This document shows, piece after piece, positions 1-10,062 of a stretch of 64,000 nucleotides of DNA. Where the stretch lies: positions 32,001 through 96,000 of the forward strand of contig CAVUXE010000048.1 in the NCBI GenBank assembly GCA_963745235.1, written 5' to 3'. The stretch comes from an uncultured Spirochaetota bacterium (GTDB lineage Bacteria > Spirochaetota > Spirochaetia > SZUA-6 > Fen-1364). A program made the position numbers and the translations under genes. The number at the start of each line of letters is the position of its first letter. Positions within the stretch are counted from its first letter, which is position 1. Under the pieces are notes generated by a model. The model did not search any database. It was not told the DNA's origin and saw only the letters and a list, made by a program, of their open reading frames with translations.

Positions 1-292
1 CCCGGGCGTGATCACGGGGGATTCGCTGGAGGAGGAGAGCTTCGCCTCCGGGCTTCTCGAGTACCCGCACTACACGCGGCCGGAGGTGTTTCGCGGGGCC
101 AGCGTGCCGGAGGTCCTCCTGTCGGGGCACCACGAGAAGATCCGCCAGTGGCGGCTCATGAAGAGCATCGAGAAGACGATGAAGCTCCGCCCGGAGCTCC
201 TGGATTCGGACAGCCTTCCGGTGGAGGCGCGGGAGCTGCTAGGAAAGATCAGGAGAGAAGGAGACGAACATGGACGTAATGAAGGCGCTTGA
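1..292 (+). CDS. trmD: tRNA (guanine37-N1)-methyltransferase, 3' part (window edge)
   Basis: [32 protein letters not shown]-terminal TrmD signature; directly upstream of rplS. Confidence 0.95.
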   Translation, partial: PGVITGDSLEEESFASGLLEYPHYTRPEVFRGASVPEVLLSGHHEKIRQWRLMKSIEKTMKLRPELLDSDSLPVEARELLGKIRREGDEHGRNEGA

Positions 293-687
293 AGCGGAGC
301 AGATGAAGGAGAACGCGGAGGAGTTCCGCATCGGGGATACGGTGAAGGTTCACTACAAGATCATCGAGGGAAAGACCGAGCGCGTGCAGGTCTTCGAAGG
401 AATCGTCATCGCGATGAAGCGTGACGGGCTTCGAAAGACCTTCACCGTGCGCAAGATCAGCTACGGCGTCGGCGTGGAGAGGATCTTCCCCCTGCATTCC
501 CCGAAGATCGCAAAGATCGTCCGCGTGCGGGAAGGGAACATGCGGCGCGCAAAGCTGTACTACCTGCGCGGCAGGTACGGCAAGGCTGCGAAGGTCGCAG
601 GAGCTCATCCATCGCAAGCGGGAGAAGGTGCCGGAGACCGGGACTGCGGAGCAGCCCGACGCGCCGCAACCCGGAGAAAAGGCCTGA
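270..687 (+). CDS. rplS: 50S ribosomal protein L19 (frameshift ~597)
   Basis: [50 protein letters not shown]; C-terminus continues in another frame ([10 protein letters not shown]..) to stop 687. Confidence 0.95.
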
Positions 688-712
688 CGAGGAGCGCTGG
701 CTCCCCCTCCCC

Positions 713-1721
713 GTGAGCGGGCCTTTTGTTACGCCGGGCGCCGCCGACGGCGCCATGCAGCTTTCCCTCCGGCCGGGGCTTCGCCTCCGGCCCGGAGAGA
801 CCATCATGCTCACCGTCATCAAGCGGCTGGACGTCGACAAGTGGGCGGTCGGAATAGGCGGGCGCGTGTACCCTGCATATTCGCGGATCATGCTCGAAGC
901 CGGCTCCGTTCTGAAAGCGCGGGTGAGCTCGTCGAGCCGGCTATCTGCTGCTCTCCCTGTCTGAACAGCCCCCGGATCCCATCAGCGCTGCCCTCGGCCG
1001 ACACGGCATACCGGGCGGTGCCGCATCAGAGGTGATTGCGCGCGCCTTCCTTCTGAGCGGCCTTCCCATCCGGGCGGAGACCATCGAAAAGGCAAGAGTG
1101 CTCCTCTCCCGGCTCAAGCTCGCCCCGCACAAGGGGGCGCGGTTGATCGCAACACTGATGGACAAGGGAATCGATCCCGGGAGCCGCGGCATTGACGCCC
1201 TCCTGGGAATGCTTTCCTTCGGTGAGCGCGGGGGAGGAGATCCCCGGCGATACCGCGGGAAGCCGATGCCCTCAACGGGAGAGGCTGTCAAGGAGTTTGC
1301 CGCCGGGCTCGCCGTGGGCGCGCCCGAGGCGCCGGACGCGATCCAGGCGTTCAACCACCGCCGGGGCCGGGCGCAGACGTGGGTGGTGGTGCCTTTCGTC
1401 TTCGACGCGGAGCGCGAGCGAATGGCCGGGACCATCAAGATCCTGTATGACCCCTTCCGCGCGCGCCCTCTCAAGCTTGCCCTCACCGTGAATGGCTTTT
1501 CTTTCTCCCTGCCCCTGGAGGGGAAGCGCCGGAAGCTCTCCGTATTCTGTGACGAGCCGTCCCTGCGCGTCTCTGCACAGCGGGGACTGGACATGCTACG
1601 GGCAAAATTCCATAACATGGGAATGGAAGTTGACGATACTATACTTGGAGGGGAAGCCTTTGACGGATTCTCCCCCGTCGCGGAGGGATCTTCCTTCCCG
1701 ATCATTGACGTTGCGGGGTGA
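713..1721 (+). CDS. Conserved hypothetical, YlqG/FliK-C-like protein (frameshifts ~945-1030)
   Basis: ORF pieces 713-964 and 1032-1721 read as one gene; lies between rplS and an FlhB-like gene, as ylqG does before ylqH in Bacillus. Confidence 0.55.
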
Positions 1722-1724
1722 TTC

Positions 1725-1988
1725 GTGACGGGGCACGAGGACAGGGCGGTAGCCATCCACTACACGGAGGAGCTCCCGGCGCCCATTATCCTCGCCTCGG
1801 GGAGGGGACGCATGGCGGAGGCCATCGTGCGCATTGCGCGTGAGAGCGGGGTCACCCTTGTCGCGGATCCCGACCTGGCGGACGCCCTGATCCCGCTGGA
1901 CGTCAACTCCCTCATCCCTGAGACCCTGTACGAAGTGATCGCAGCGCTTCTCGTTTTTGTGCGAGGGCTGAAAGCAGAAAGAAAATGA
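1725..1988 (+). CDS. FlhB C-terminal-like export switch protein (EscU/YscU/YlqH family)
   Basis: AVAIHY...AP.ILASGRG..AEAIV.IARE.GV....LADAL..LD....IPE.LY.VIA.LL. Confidence 0.9.
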   Translation: MTGHEDRAVAIHYTEELPAPIILASGRGRMAEAIVRIARESGVTLVADPDLADALIPLDVNSLIPETLYEVIAALLVFVRGLKAERK

Positions 1989-3157
1989 AGAGCATCCGCA
2001 CCAGCGAGCTTCGAGACGGGATGATGTTCGACAAACCCGTCTACATGGACGGGGAGAACGTCTTCGTTCCTCCCGGTGTTCCCATCCGGCAGAAGGACAT
2101 CGACAGGCTCACGCGCTGGGACATCGGCGAAGTGCGGACCGACGGGTCCCCCATAACGGAAGAGCAGAAGAAAGAGGCGGAGAAACAGAGTGACGCGACC
2201 CTCCTCCGTGATCTTCCCACCGAGAAGAAGAACCTTGATGCCTACCTGCGCGCAATCGACGAATACGAGCACATCTCGAACAGCGTGGCGCAAGGGGAAG
2301 CAATCGACAGGGCGCGCATCGACTCCGTGGTGAACCTCCTCCTGGAGCGGATCAAGGAAGGCAAGAACGAGATGATCCAGCTCATCCTGATTGCGGGAAA
2401 GATCGAGCGCAAGATTGCCGCTGGCGTGATCAACGTCACCATCCTTTCCACCATCATGGGGATGGTCCTGAAGTTCACCAGCCATCGCCTCATCCAGCTT
2501 GCCACCGGCGCTCTTCTGCACGACATCGGAATGGTGAAGGTCCCCAAGACGATACTGCAGAAAAAGGAAAAGCTCACCCCGGAAGAGCTGAACCAGATCC
2601 GCACGCATCCCATCCATTCCTACCGCGTCATCTCCAAGGAGCTGAAGTACCCGGAAGAGATCGGCGTCATTGCCCTTCAGCATCACGAGAGATGGGACGG
2701 GCAGGGCTACCCGCGCAAGCTGCACGGGGAAGACATCAACATTTTCGCGCGCATCGTTGCCGTGGCGGACTCCTACATGGCAATGATCAACAATCGGCCC
2801 CATCGGAACTCGATGATCGGCTACAGCGCCATGAAGAACGTTCTGAGCGACAACGGCAGGCATTTCGACCCCAAGATCCTCAAGGTTTTCCTGGAAAGCA
2901 TGGGGATCTACCCCATTGGCAGCATCGTGCAGCTGAACAACTCGGCCATCGGCCGGGTGGTGGAGACGCACACGGAAGCTCCCCTGCGGCCCGTGGTCGA
3001 GCTGATCATCGACGAGTACGGGAACACGCTCGGCGAGCGCGAGGTCGTCGACCTGCTCGAAAAGAAGGGCGTGTTCATCGTCAAGGCAGTGGATCCGAAG
3101 TCCCTGGCCCCGGCGCCGGGCGGCCCGGCGCAGGATGCCCGCGCGGCCGGCTCGTGA
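1985..3157 (+). CDS. HD-GYP domain c-di-GMP phosphodiesterase
   Basis: LLHDIG, HHERWDGQGYP and ARIVAVADSY motifs. Confidence 0.92.
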   Translation: MKSIRTSELRDGMMFDKPVYMDGENVFVPPGVPIRQKDIDRLTRWDIGEVRTDGSPITEEQKKEAEKQSDATLLRDLPTEKKNLDAYLRAIDEYEHISNSVAQGEAIDRARIDSVVNLLLERIKEGKNEMIQLILIAGKIERKIAAGVINVTILSTIMGMVLKFTSHRLIQLATGALLHDIGMVKVPKTILQKKEKLTPEELNQIRTHPIHSYRVISKELKYPEEIGVIALQHHERWDGQGYPRKLHGEDINIFARIVAVADSYMAMINNRPHRNSMIGYSAMKNVLSDNGRHFDPKILKVFLESMGIYPIGSIVQLNNSAIGRVVETHTEAPLRPVVELIIDEYGNTLGEREVVDLLEKKGVFIVKAVDPKSLAPAPGGPAQDARAAGS

Positions 3158-3180
3158 GCATTGGCGTGGGAGGCCGAACG

Positions 3181-3550
3181 GTGCGGGTACAGTCGCGGAG
3201 GAAGGGAACGGCGGGAGAAGAGCGCGCCGTCGCATGGCTCCGTTCACAGGGGTGGACAATCAGGGAACGCAACTTCCGCACCCGTCGCGGGGAGATCGAC
3301 GTCATTGCGGAAAAAGGCTCCACGGTCGCTTTTGTCGAGGTCAAGGCATGGGAATCGCTGCCGCAGAGTGAGCTGGAGTACGCCCTTTCCGCCCGAAAGC
3401 AGTGGCGGATCGCGCAGGCGGCTCGGTTCTACCTGGCTTTGCACCCCGGGGTGACTGGGAGACAGATGCGCTTCGACGTGATATTCCTGGGGGCGGGAAA
3501 TGAATCGGATCCGCCACATCGAAGGGGCGTTCAATGGAGGGGTCGACTGA
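3181..3550 (+). CDS. YraN (UPF0102) family nuclease-like protein (frameshift ~3500)
   Basis: G..GEERA..WL...GW.I.ERNFRTRRGEIDVIA....FVEVK..RFDV; ends IRHIEGAFNGGVD* in shifted frame; GGAGG before GTG 3181. Confidence 0.88.
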
Positions 3551-3687
3551 TGGTGCGGACTGCAAAGAAGACCGATCCCCAGAAGATCGCTGAGCTGAAG
3601 GTGAAGATCCACGACGAGGAATACCTCCTGCAGGCCATCCAGAAGATCGCGCAGGATCTCACGAAGAATCTCGAGCACGGAGAATAG
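3550..3687 (+). CDS. Small hypothetical protein (45 aa)
   Basis: MVRTAKKTDPQKIAELKVKIHDEEYLLQAIQKIAQDLT; ATG overlaps upstream TGA; GGAGG RBS. Confidence 0.75.
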   Translation: MVRTAKKTDPQKIAELKVKIHDEEYLLQAIQKIAQDLTKNLEHGE

Positions 3688-3690
3688 CGG

Positions 3691-4245
3691 ATGAGCTCCC
3701 GAAGCTTTCGTCGGCGAAACAACAGGCGCAAGCACAACAGGCCCGCGGCGGGGACGGATAGTCGCGCGCCTGCCCAGCAGGGACCGGCGGCCAGGACCCG
3801 CAGAAGGAACCAGGGCAGCGCAGCAACCAGGGCCGGGGGCCGAGGCGGGAGAACCAGCGGCAAGGGCAGCCCGCGAAGAAATCCTTCCGGCGGGAGGCGC
3901 TCACCACCCGACAGGGCAAGGGACGCGGCCGGCCATGTCCAGTTCCCGGAGCCTCCCCGCGTGTATCCCGACTGTCCTGTTTGCCAGCAGCAGGTCAGGG
4001 AGCTCCCCTCCGCCTTGACGCACCGGGCAACAGGTCAGCCCGCGCACTTCGACTGCATCATGCGAGAGCTGCGGGATTCCAACGAGCTTCTGCCGCAGGA
4101 AAGGATCTGCTACCTGGGCGGCGGGACCTTTGGGATAATCGAGCTGCGGCCGGGACCCGGAAAGTTTGTCATCAAGAGACGAATCCCGTACGAGGAAAAG
4201 GAAGCCGTCCAGGAGTGGAAGAAACCTCTCCTGATCCTGCTCTGA
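3691..4245 (+). CDS. Hypothetical protein, Arg-rich N-terminus with CxxC/HxxC zinc site
   Basis: CPVC...HFDC...YLGGGTFGII; in operon with upstream genes. Confidence 0.75.
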   Translation: MSSRSFRRRNNRRKHNRPAAGTDSRAPAQQGPAARTRRRNQGSAATRAGGRGGRTSGKGSPRRNPSGGRRSPPDRARDAAGHVQFPEPPRVYPDCPVCQQQVRELPSALTHRATGQPAHFDCIMRELRDSNELLPQERICYLGGGTFGIIELRPGPGKFVIKRRIPYEEKEAVQEWKKPLLILL

Positions 4246-4260
4246 AGCCCCGAGAGAGAG

Positions 4261-5053
4261 CTACTTCGAAGATTTCAGCTCGTCCAGAACCTGCAGCGCC
4301 TTCGCCTTGACGGTGCGCAGGTAGTTGCCCTGGGCAATCTTCACCAGAAGCCGATACGCCTCCGGGTCCTTGAGTCCCCCCGGGGTTTTCTGCGCGAGCT
4401 TTTCGATGGCAAGGCTGACGGCGTAGCCGAAGTTCTGGTCAGGAGACTGGGGATCCTCCATATTGTAGGCGAACTCGATTGCCTGTACGACCTCGTTGTT
4501 GGGATTCATCCCGAGGTTTCCCAACGCGTACGCCGCCTCCGCCTTGACAATGGGTTCGTCATCTATCAGGAGCACGCGCACGAGGGCGTTCTTGGATTCT
4601 TCTGTCCCAACGCGGCCAAGAAGGTTTGCGGCGCGCCGACGGACCTCGGGGAAATTGTTGATCTGGTGACCACTTTCCCGTGAGATCCTTCCCGGAGCCT
4701 TCCATTGCCAGGTACTCGAGGACGAACTCCACCTGCGAGGCGTCCGCGCCGCTGACGCCGGAATTGATTCTCTTTTCCAGGTCGTCCAGGGCGCTCAACT
4801 TGATCTCCAGGTCATCCGAGGCTGCCTTCTCTCTCAGGATCTGGAACTCGATGCTCTTGAGGAACAGTTCCTCGATGGTGATCTCCTTGGATCCGCTCTG
4901 TGTGCCTGACGGGGAGCCCGCCTGCGCGCCGGTCTGGCCCTGGGTGGTGTCCTGTGCGGAGAGGAAAAGGACAGGAACGAGGAAGAAAGCAAACGCCAGG
5001 ACGGTCAGTACTGTCTTTCTCGCGGTGCACCGCGCGTTATAGGCTTCTCTCAT
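4261..5053 (-). CDS. Exported HEAT-repeat protein (frameshift ~4692)
   Basis: Signal peptide; after repair reads NNFPEVRRRAANLLGR..DEPIVKAEAAYALG (HEAT/PBS repeats). Confidence 0.75.
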
Positions 5054-5074
5054 GTGTGCTCCTGTTCCTTTCTT

Positions 5075-5596
5075 TCAGTCCTGATCCTTCGGCCATATGT
5101 CCACCTTCCAGCGCCCGTCCTCCCGTACGAGATAATACAGAATCACGGGCCGGCCATCAACGATGGTCAACGCCTTGACGTGCGTTTCGTCAAGGAAGTT
5201 GATGTCCGTCAGCGATGCCTGGACGCGACTGCGCACGACCACATTTTCGAAATAATCCTTCAGGGTCCTCAGGACGATCCCGCTCTTTTGCAGCACGCCG
5301 CTGTGGGAGGCCACGTCAAGAAACTTCGGGTCACTGGTTCTGGCGATGTAGGCGCTGGTGAGATAGGACCGCCACCCCTCGTAGTCCTGCGCGTTGATGA
5401 GCGACGTCAAGTCCGCTATCACCACCTTCACTTCGTCGAACGTCCTGTTGTAGAGCTCCGGCGTCACGACGAACTCCTGCTGCAACCCCGGGGAGTCCTG
5501 CGCCGGGGAGGAATCAGGGGACTTCGTCTGCGATGCGCATGCGAACAACGACATCACGGCGGCCACGGGAATGCAGATCCTCCACACCGGGCTCAT
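5075..5596 (-). CDS. Hypothetical lipoprotein
   Basis: Lipobox-like SLFAC; ATG 5596 sits 8 nt after a TAGAAT -10 box. Confidence 0.75.
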   Translation of the reverse strand: MSPVWRICIPVAAVMSLFACASQTKSPDSSPAQDSPGLQQEFVVTPELYNRTFDEVKVVIADLTSLINAQDYEGWRSYLTSAYIARTSDPKFLDVASHSGVLQKSGIVLRTLKDYFENVVVRSRVQASLTDINFLDETHVKALTIVDGRPVILYYLVREDGRWKVDIWPKDQD

Positions 5597-5604
5597 TACC
5601 AACA

Positions 5605-5655
5605 ATTCTATATGCCGGCATACCGCTTGTCAAAGATTTTTGGGGCCGGTATTCT
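5605..5655. promoter_or_regulatory. Overlapping divergent sigma70 promoters
   Basis: Minus strand TTGACA(5633-5628)-N17-TAGAAT(5610-5605); plus strand TTGTCA(5627-5632)-N17-TATTCT(5650-5655). Confidence 0.75.
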
Positions 5656-5662
5656 CGACGGT

Positions 5663-6238
5663 ATGTTCAAGGTGCTGCTCCCGGGAACTTTCGACCCTCC
5701 GACGAACGGCCACCTCAACATCCTCCGCCGGGCGTCGCGGCTTTTCGACGCGGTCCAGGTGGTCATAGCCGTCAACCCCGAAAAAGTCTACCTTTTCAGC
5801 GCGGAGGAGCGGCTCGGAATGATGAGCGCGCTGGCGCAGGACCTGCCGAACGTCACGGTCTCCACCTGGAACGGCCTGATCGTGGACTTTGCGGACCGGA
5901 TCGGCGTTCACGTGATCGTGCGCGGCGTGCGCGCGCTGGCGGATTTCGACTACGAGTTCGAGCTTTCCGTCATGAACAGGTCCCTCAATCCGAGAATCGA
6001 AACGATTTTCCTGCCGACTGACCAGAAGTACTCCGTGATCCGCTCGTCGGCAATCAAGGAAATCGCCGGCTTCGGCGGGGACATCTCCGGGATGGTGCCG
6101 CCCCACGTCGCAAAAGCGCTGCAGGAGAAGCTCGCACCCCGCGCAACGCGAGCAGACTCTGACGCCTTGACATTCGAGGGGGTTAGTGTAGCTTTCCGTG
6201 CAGTCACGGCGGCCCGTGACTCATCACAACATAATTGA
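5663..6238 (+). CDS. coaD: Phosphopantetheine adenylyltransferase
   Basis: PGTFDPPTNGHL, IVRGVRALADFDYE, SS.IKEIA.FGGDIS.MVP; 3' end may be over-extended. Confidence 0.95.
   Translation: MFKVLLPGTFDPPTNGHLNILRRASRLFDAVQVVIAVNPEKVYLFSAEERLGMMSALAQDLPNVTVSTWNGLIVDFADRIGVHVIVRGVRALADFDYEFELSVMNRSLNPRIETIFLPTDQKYSVIRSSAIKEIAGFGGDISGMVPPHVAKALQEKLAPRATRADSDALTFEGVSVAFRAVTAARDSSQHN
6167..6194 (+). promoter_or_regulatory. Putative sigma70 promoter for rpmF-acpP-rnc
   Basis: TTGACA-N16-TAGCTT. Confidence 0.55.
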
Positions 6239-6248
6239 GGTGACGAAT

Positions 6249-6437
6249 ATGGCTTTGCCGAAAAGAAGAATATCGAGGGCAAGGGGACGCAAGCGCCGCT
6301 CGGCGAACATGCGTCTTGCGGTCCCGACGCTCGTGGAATGCAGCAACTGCGGAAACAGGGTCATGCCGCACCGGGTCTGCCCCAAATGCGGGTTCTACAG
6401 GGGAAAGCAGATCCTCAAGCCCGAGGAAATGGCGTGA
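6249..6437 (+). CDS. rpmF: 50S ribosomal protein L32
   Basis: MALPKRRISRAR..KRR..CSNCG..MPHRVCPKCGFYRG. Confidence 0.96.
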   Translation: MALPKRRISRARGRKRRSANMRLAVPTLVECSNCGNRVMPHRVCPKCGFYRGKQILKPEEMA

Positions 6438-6506
6438 TCGTCAGAGCATCCAGAGAACACCCCCTCGCGCATTGATTCACATCATTTCAACAGGAGGTTG
6501 AACTGT

Positions 6507-6746
6507 ATGGACGAGCTGTTTGAAAAAATGAAGAAACTCATCGCCGACCGGCTTGAGATCGACGAATCCAAGATCACCCTCGATTCATCCTTCCGCCAGG
6601 ACCTCGGGGCGGACAGCCTGGACACGTACGAGCTCGTGTACGCCATCGAGGAAGAGCTCGGCATCAGCATCCCGGATGAAAAGGCGAACGAGTTCGAGAC
6701 CGTGCGAGACGCTCTGGAATACATCCGCTCCCAGGTGAAGAAATAG
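6507..6746 (+). CDS. acpP: Acyl carrier protein
   Basis: DLGADSLDTYELVYAIEEE; AGGAGG RBS. Confidence 0.96.
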   Translation: MDELFEKMKKLIADRLEIDESKITLDSSFRQDLGADSLDTYELVYAIEEELGISIPDEKANEFETVRDALEYIRSQVKK

Positions 6747-6753
6747 GAAGGTT

Positions 6754-7569
6754 TTGTTCAAGAGAAACAGACGAGCGCCGGCCATTACGCTGAAGCCGGA
6801 GAGAAAGAAGGAGCTCCAGCTCTTCGAACGGCATGCGGGAATCCGTTTCCGGGAGCTGGAGTTCCTCAACCAGGCATTCACGCACCGTTCTTTCGCCAAC
6901 GAGCTGGGTGAGACGGGCGAGAACAACGAGCGGCTGGAGTTCCTCGGGGACTCCGTGCTCGGCCTCGTCGTGAGCGAATACCTCTACGAAACCCTCCCCG
7001 ACCAGCCGGAAGGGGAGCTTGCCCGGATCAAGAGCTTCGTCGTGAGCGAGGCGAGCCTTTCGGAGATCGCCCGCGGCCTGCGCGTGGACAACTACATCCT
7101 CATCGGCAAGGGGGAAGAGTACTCCGGGGGCAGGTCCAAGAAGGCCATCCTTGCGGACTGCCTGGAAGCCATCATCGGCGCGTACTACCTGGACTCGGGA
7201 TTCCAGCCCTCCGGCCGCTTCGTCCACCAGATGCTCATCCCGGAAATCAACAAGGTGCTGGAGAACCGGCACGCCAAGGACTACAAGACCCTCCTGCAAG
7301 AGTACGTGCAGAAGCGGATGAAGACCTATCCGAAGTACCGGGTCGTGCAGAAGACGGGGCCGGACCACGACAAGACATTCTGGATCGAAGTGCACGTCGG
7401 GAGACCGGTCCTTCGGCGCGGGCAAGGGCAAGAACAAGAAGGAAGCCGAGCAGGAAGCGGCGCGCATCGCCTACGAGGGGATGCACGTGGCCGCAGAGCC
7501 CGGCACGTCCGGGGCGCTCACCGTCTGCGCCGTCCCGCGGCAGAGCGGACACCCGGGACCGGCGCGTAA
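6754..7569 (+). CDS. rnc: Ribonuclease III (frameshift ~7400 in dsRBD; end approximate)
   Basis: NERLEFLGDSVL, ILADCLEAIIGA, DYKTLLQE, GPDHDK.F; GKNKKEAEQEAA in shifted frame. Confidence 0.95.
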   Translation: MFKRNRRAPAITLKPERKKELQLFERHAGIRFRELEFLNQAFTHRSFANELGETGENNERLEFLGDSVLGLVVSEYLYETLPDQPEGELARIKSFVVSEASLSEIARGLRVDNYILIGKGEEYSGGRSKKAILADCLEAIIGAYYLDSGFQPSGRFVHQMLIPEINKVLENRHAKDYKTLLQEYVQKRMKTYPKYRVVQKTGPDHDKTFWIEVHVGRPVLRRGQGQEQEGSRAGSGAHRLRGDARGRRARHVRGAHRLRRPAAERTPGTGA

Positions 7570-7585
7570 GGAGGGGAGGCGCCGC

Positions 7586-8943
7586 CTACCCTCCGAGTCG
7601 CTCGCGGTACAACCTTCCCGCAATCTCCAGCAGCTTTTCCTTTTCGTTCAAAGCAGGGTCTTCCAGCACGGCTTGAAGAAGCTCGTTCAGGATGATGCCC
7701 ACCGTCGGTCCGGGCGGGATGGCCAGGCGTTCCATGAGGTCATTGCCGTCCACGGCCAGCTGGCGGACGGTGAAAGCGCGTCCCGCTCTCCATGACTGCA
7801 CGCACGCGCGAAGCGAAGTCCGCAAGCCCCTGCGGGAAAGCAGACGCATTCTCCCGGCACATCCCGATCTGGTCCGCCCTGCGCAGGGCCATGATGTCAT
7901 CGATCTTCTGCTCTCCCACCCGCGCTATGAGCCGGCGAACCGCCGCGTCCGACCATTCCTCCTGGTAGTTGAACATGTGGTGGGCCACAAGGTGCGACAC
8001 GTCCTTCACCACGGCGATGGGAAGCTTCAGCCGCGTGAGGATTTCCTCCGTCATGTGCGCGGAAACCCTCTCGTGCGCGTAGAAGGTGGGACGGCCGTCA
8101 GGCCCCACGGCGCGCGTCCGCGGCTTTCCGATGTCGTGCAGGAGGGCGGCCAGGCGCAAGATGAGGGAAGACGGCGGGGCGGCGTCGCAGGCGTAAAGGG
8201 AGTGCGTGAACACGTCGTAGCAGTGGAGGCTGCCCTGTTCGACGCCCACCCCCTCCAGCAGCTCGGGAAGGACCACCCCGAGGATGCCGGTTTCCTTCAT
8301 GAGGAAGAGGCCGACTGACGGGAGGGGGGATTCCAGGGTCTTGAGAAGCTCGTCCCTGACTCGCTCCGCGGAAACCTTGGCAAGGATGTCAAGCGCGCCC
8401 GGGATGGCCGCCCGTGTCGCTTCATCGACGGCGAAGGAAAGCTGCGCGGCAATCCTGCAGGCACGCAGGGGCCGAAGACCGTCCTCCCGAAAGCGCTCCG
8501 CCGGATCTCCGATTGCCCGGATGACCCGGGCCGCCAGGTCCTTGCGCCCGGCGTGAGGGTCAATGATTTCGATCCCTGAGGAGATCGTACGCCATGGCGT
8601 TGATGGTGAAGTCCCGGCGGGCAAGGTCGTCGAGGATTGTCGGGGCGAAGGCGACGCTGTCGGGCCGGCTCCCGTCGCTGTAGTCCGTCTCCGTGCGGAA
8701 GGTCGTCACCTCGAAGGTGGTTCCCTTGAAGAGCACGGTGACCGTTCCATGCTTGATGCCTGTCGGTATGACACGGCGGAAGAGCGAGAAGACCTGGTCG
8801 GGCAGCGCGTCGGTGGCGATGTCGAAGTCGGTATGGGACCTTCCCATCAGCGTATCGCGGACGGCGCCGCCCACCAGGTGACACTGGAAGCCGGACTCGC
8901 GAAAAGGAGCCGCAAACTCTCTGACGACCCGGGGGATGCGCAT
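7586..8943 (-). CDS. cca: CCA tRNA nucleotidyltransferase with HD domain (frameshifts ~8570 and ~7790)
   Basis: LVGGAVRD..DFDIAT, EVTTFR, DLARRDFTINAMA, RFREDGLR, LLHDIGKP, LAVDGNDLM. Confidence 0.9.
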
Positions 8944-8983
8944 TGCGGCTCAAGTAAATAGGTTTCGGATGGTCAGTGTCAAC

Positions 8984-9012
8984 AAAAAAGCCGCCCCGAC
9001 GGGGGCGGCTTT
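8984..9012 (-). terminator. Rho-independent terminator of flaB
   Basis: AAAGCCGCCCC-loop-GGGGCGGCTTT stem followed by a T-run on the minus strand. Confidence 0.88.
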
Positions 9013-9032
9013 CCAGATTGCTCCGCGGGGAC

Positions 9033-9905
9033 CTAGCGGAACAGCTGCAGGACCGTCTGCGGCTTCGTGTTTGCCTGCGCCAGCATGGCGGTGGAGGACT
9101 GCACAAGGATCTGGTCCTTCACGAACTCCACCATCTGCGCTGCCATGTCGGTGTCCCTGATCAGGCTCTCGGCCGCCTGGAGGTTCTCCGCGCCGACAGC
9201 CAGCCCCTTCATGGCGTACTCCAGCCTGTTCTGGTAGGCGCCCAGGTCCGCCCTCTGCTTGTTGACGAGCCTCAGGGCGTGGTCCAGCACCCCGATGGCC
9301 GCGTTGGCGTGGTCCGGGGAGGACAGGGAGATGAAGGTGGCGTTGGCCGGCAGGCCGTTGGCTCCCTGGATCCCCAGCCCCTGGGCGGTCATGGTGCCGA
9401 TGTACACGCGGGTTCTCTGGTCCATGTTGGCCCCGATCTGCAGCCACATGCTGCCGGTGACCGCGTTCTCTCCCGTGGAGCGGGCGAAGCGGCCGGTGAG
9501 CATGTTCATGCCGTTGAACTGGGCGTGGGAGGCAATGCGGTTGACCTCTGCCACGAGGGCGGAAACCTCCACCTGGATCTGCATGCGGTCCTCGTCGGAG
9601 TAGATGCCGTTGGAGGCCTGCACCGACAGCTCGCGCAGCCTCTGCATGATGTCCTGGCTCTCCTGGAGGTAGCCTTCCGCGGTCTGGATGAAGGAGATGC
9701 CGTTCTGAGCGTTGTTCTCCGCCTGGTGGAGGCCGCGGATCTGGGAACGCATCTTCTCCGAGACTGCGAGCCCGGATGCGTCATCGCCCGCGCGGTTGAT
9801 GCGCATGCCGGATGAGAGCTTCTCCATGTCCTTGTCCGCCTGGATGCCGTTGAAGAACAGCTGGCGGTCGGTGAAGAGAGCGCTCATGTTGTGATTGATG
9901 ATCAT
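9033..9905 (-). CDS. flaB: Periplasmic flagellar core protein FlaB
   Basis: [54 protein letters not shown]; 290 aa; AAGGAGG RBS. Confidence 0.97.
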   Translation of the reverse strand: MIINHNMSALFTDRQLFFNGIQADKDMEKLSSGMRINRAGDDASGLAVSEKMRSQIRGLHQAENNAQNGISFIQTAEGYLQESQDIMQRLRELSVQASNGIYSDEDRMQIQVEVSALVAEVNRIASHAQFNGMNMLTGRFARSTGENAVTGSMWLQIGANMDQRTRVYIGTMTAQGLGIQGANGLPANATFISLSSPDHANAAIGVLDHALRLVNKQRADLGAYQNRLEYAMKGLAVGAENLQAAESLIRDTDMAAQMVEFVKDQILVQSSTAMLAQANTKPQTVLQLFR

Positions 9906-9929
9906 CGAATCCTCCTTGAACGGTTCGTG

Positions 9930-9949
9930 CCCGGACGTCCCTGTCCGGG
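9930..9949 (-). promoter_or_regulatory. CsrA-type GGA-loop hairpin in flaB 5'UTR
   Basis: CCCGGAC-AGGGAC-GTCCGGG on the mRNA. Confidence 0.7.
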
Positions 9950-9964
9950 GTGATCTCCCTTCAA

Positions 9965-9991
9965 TGGTCGGAAGAATCCGGGGGTGCTTGA
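9965..9991 (-). promoter_or_regulatory. Putative sigma28 (FliA) promoter of flaB
   Basis: TCAA-N15-TCCGACCA versus consensus TAAA-N15-GCCGATAA. Confidence 0.65.
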
Positions 9992-10062
9992 GAAAATCCG
10001 AACACCGACGATTTCGTTGAAAGAAGCCCGCGAAACGGGTACTCTTGAGCACAAGAGACCGG

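Noticed and set aside
2692-3687. Apparent 331-aa ORF fusing YraN to the downstream small protein
   Set aside because: Artefact of an indel near 3500; YraN ends at TGA 3550 and the next gene has its own RBS and ATG.
5054-5662. Long N-terminal extensions on coaD (and on flaB, ychF and rex) in the ORF track
   Set aside because: They overlap opposite-strand or upstream genes and promoters; the true starts are downstream.
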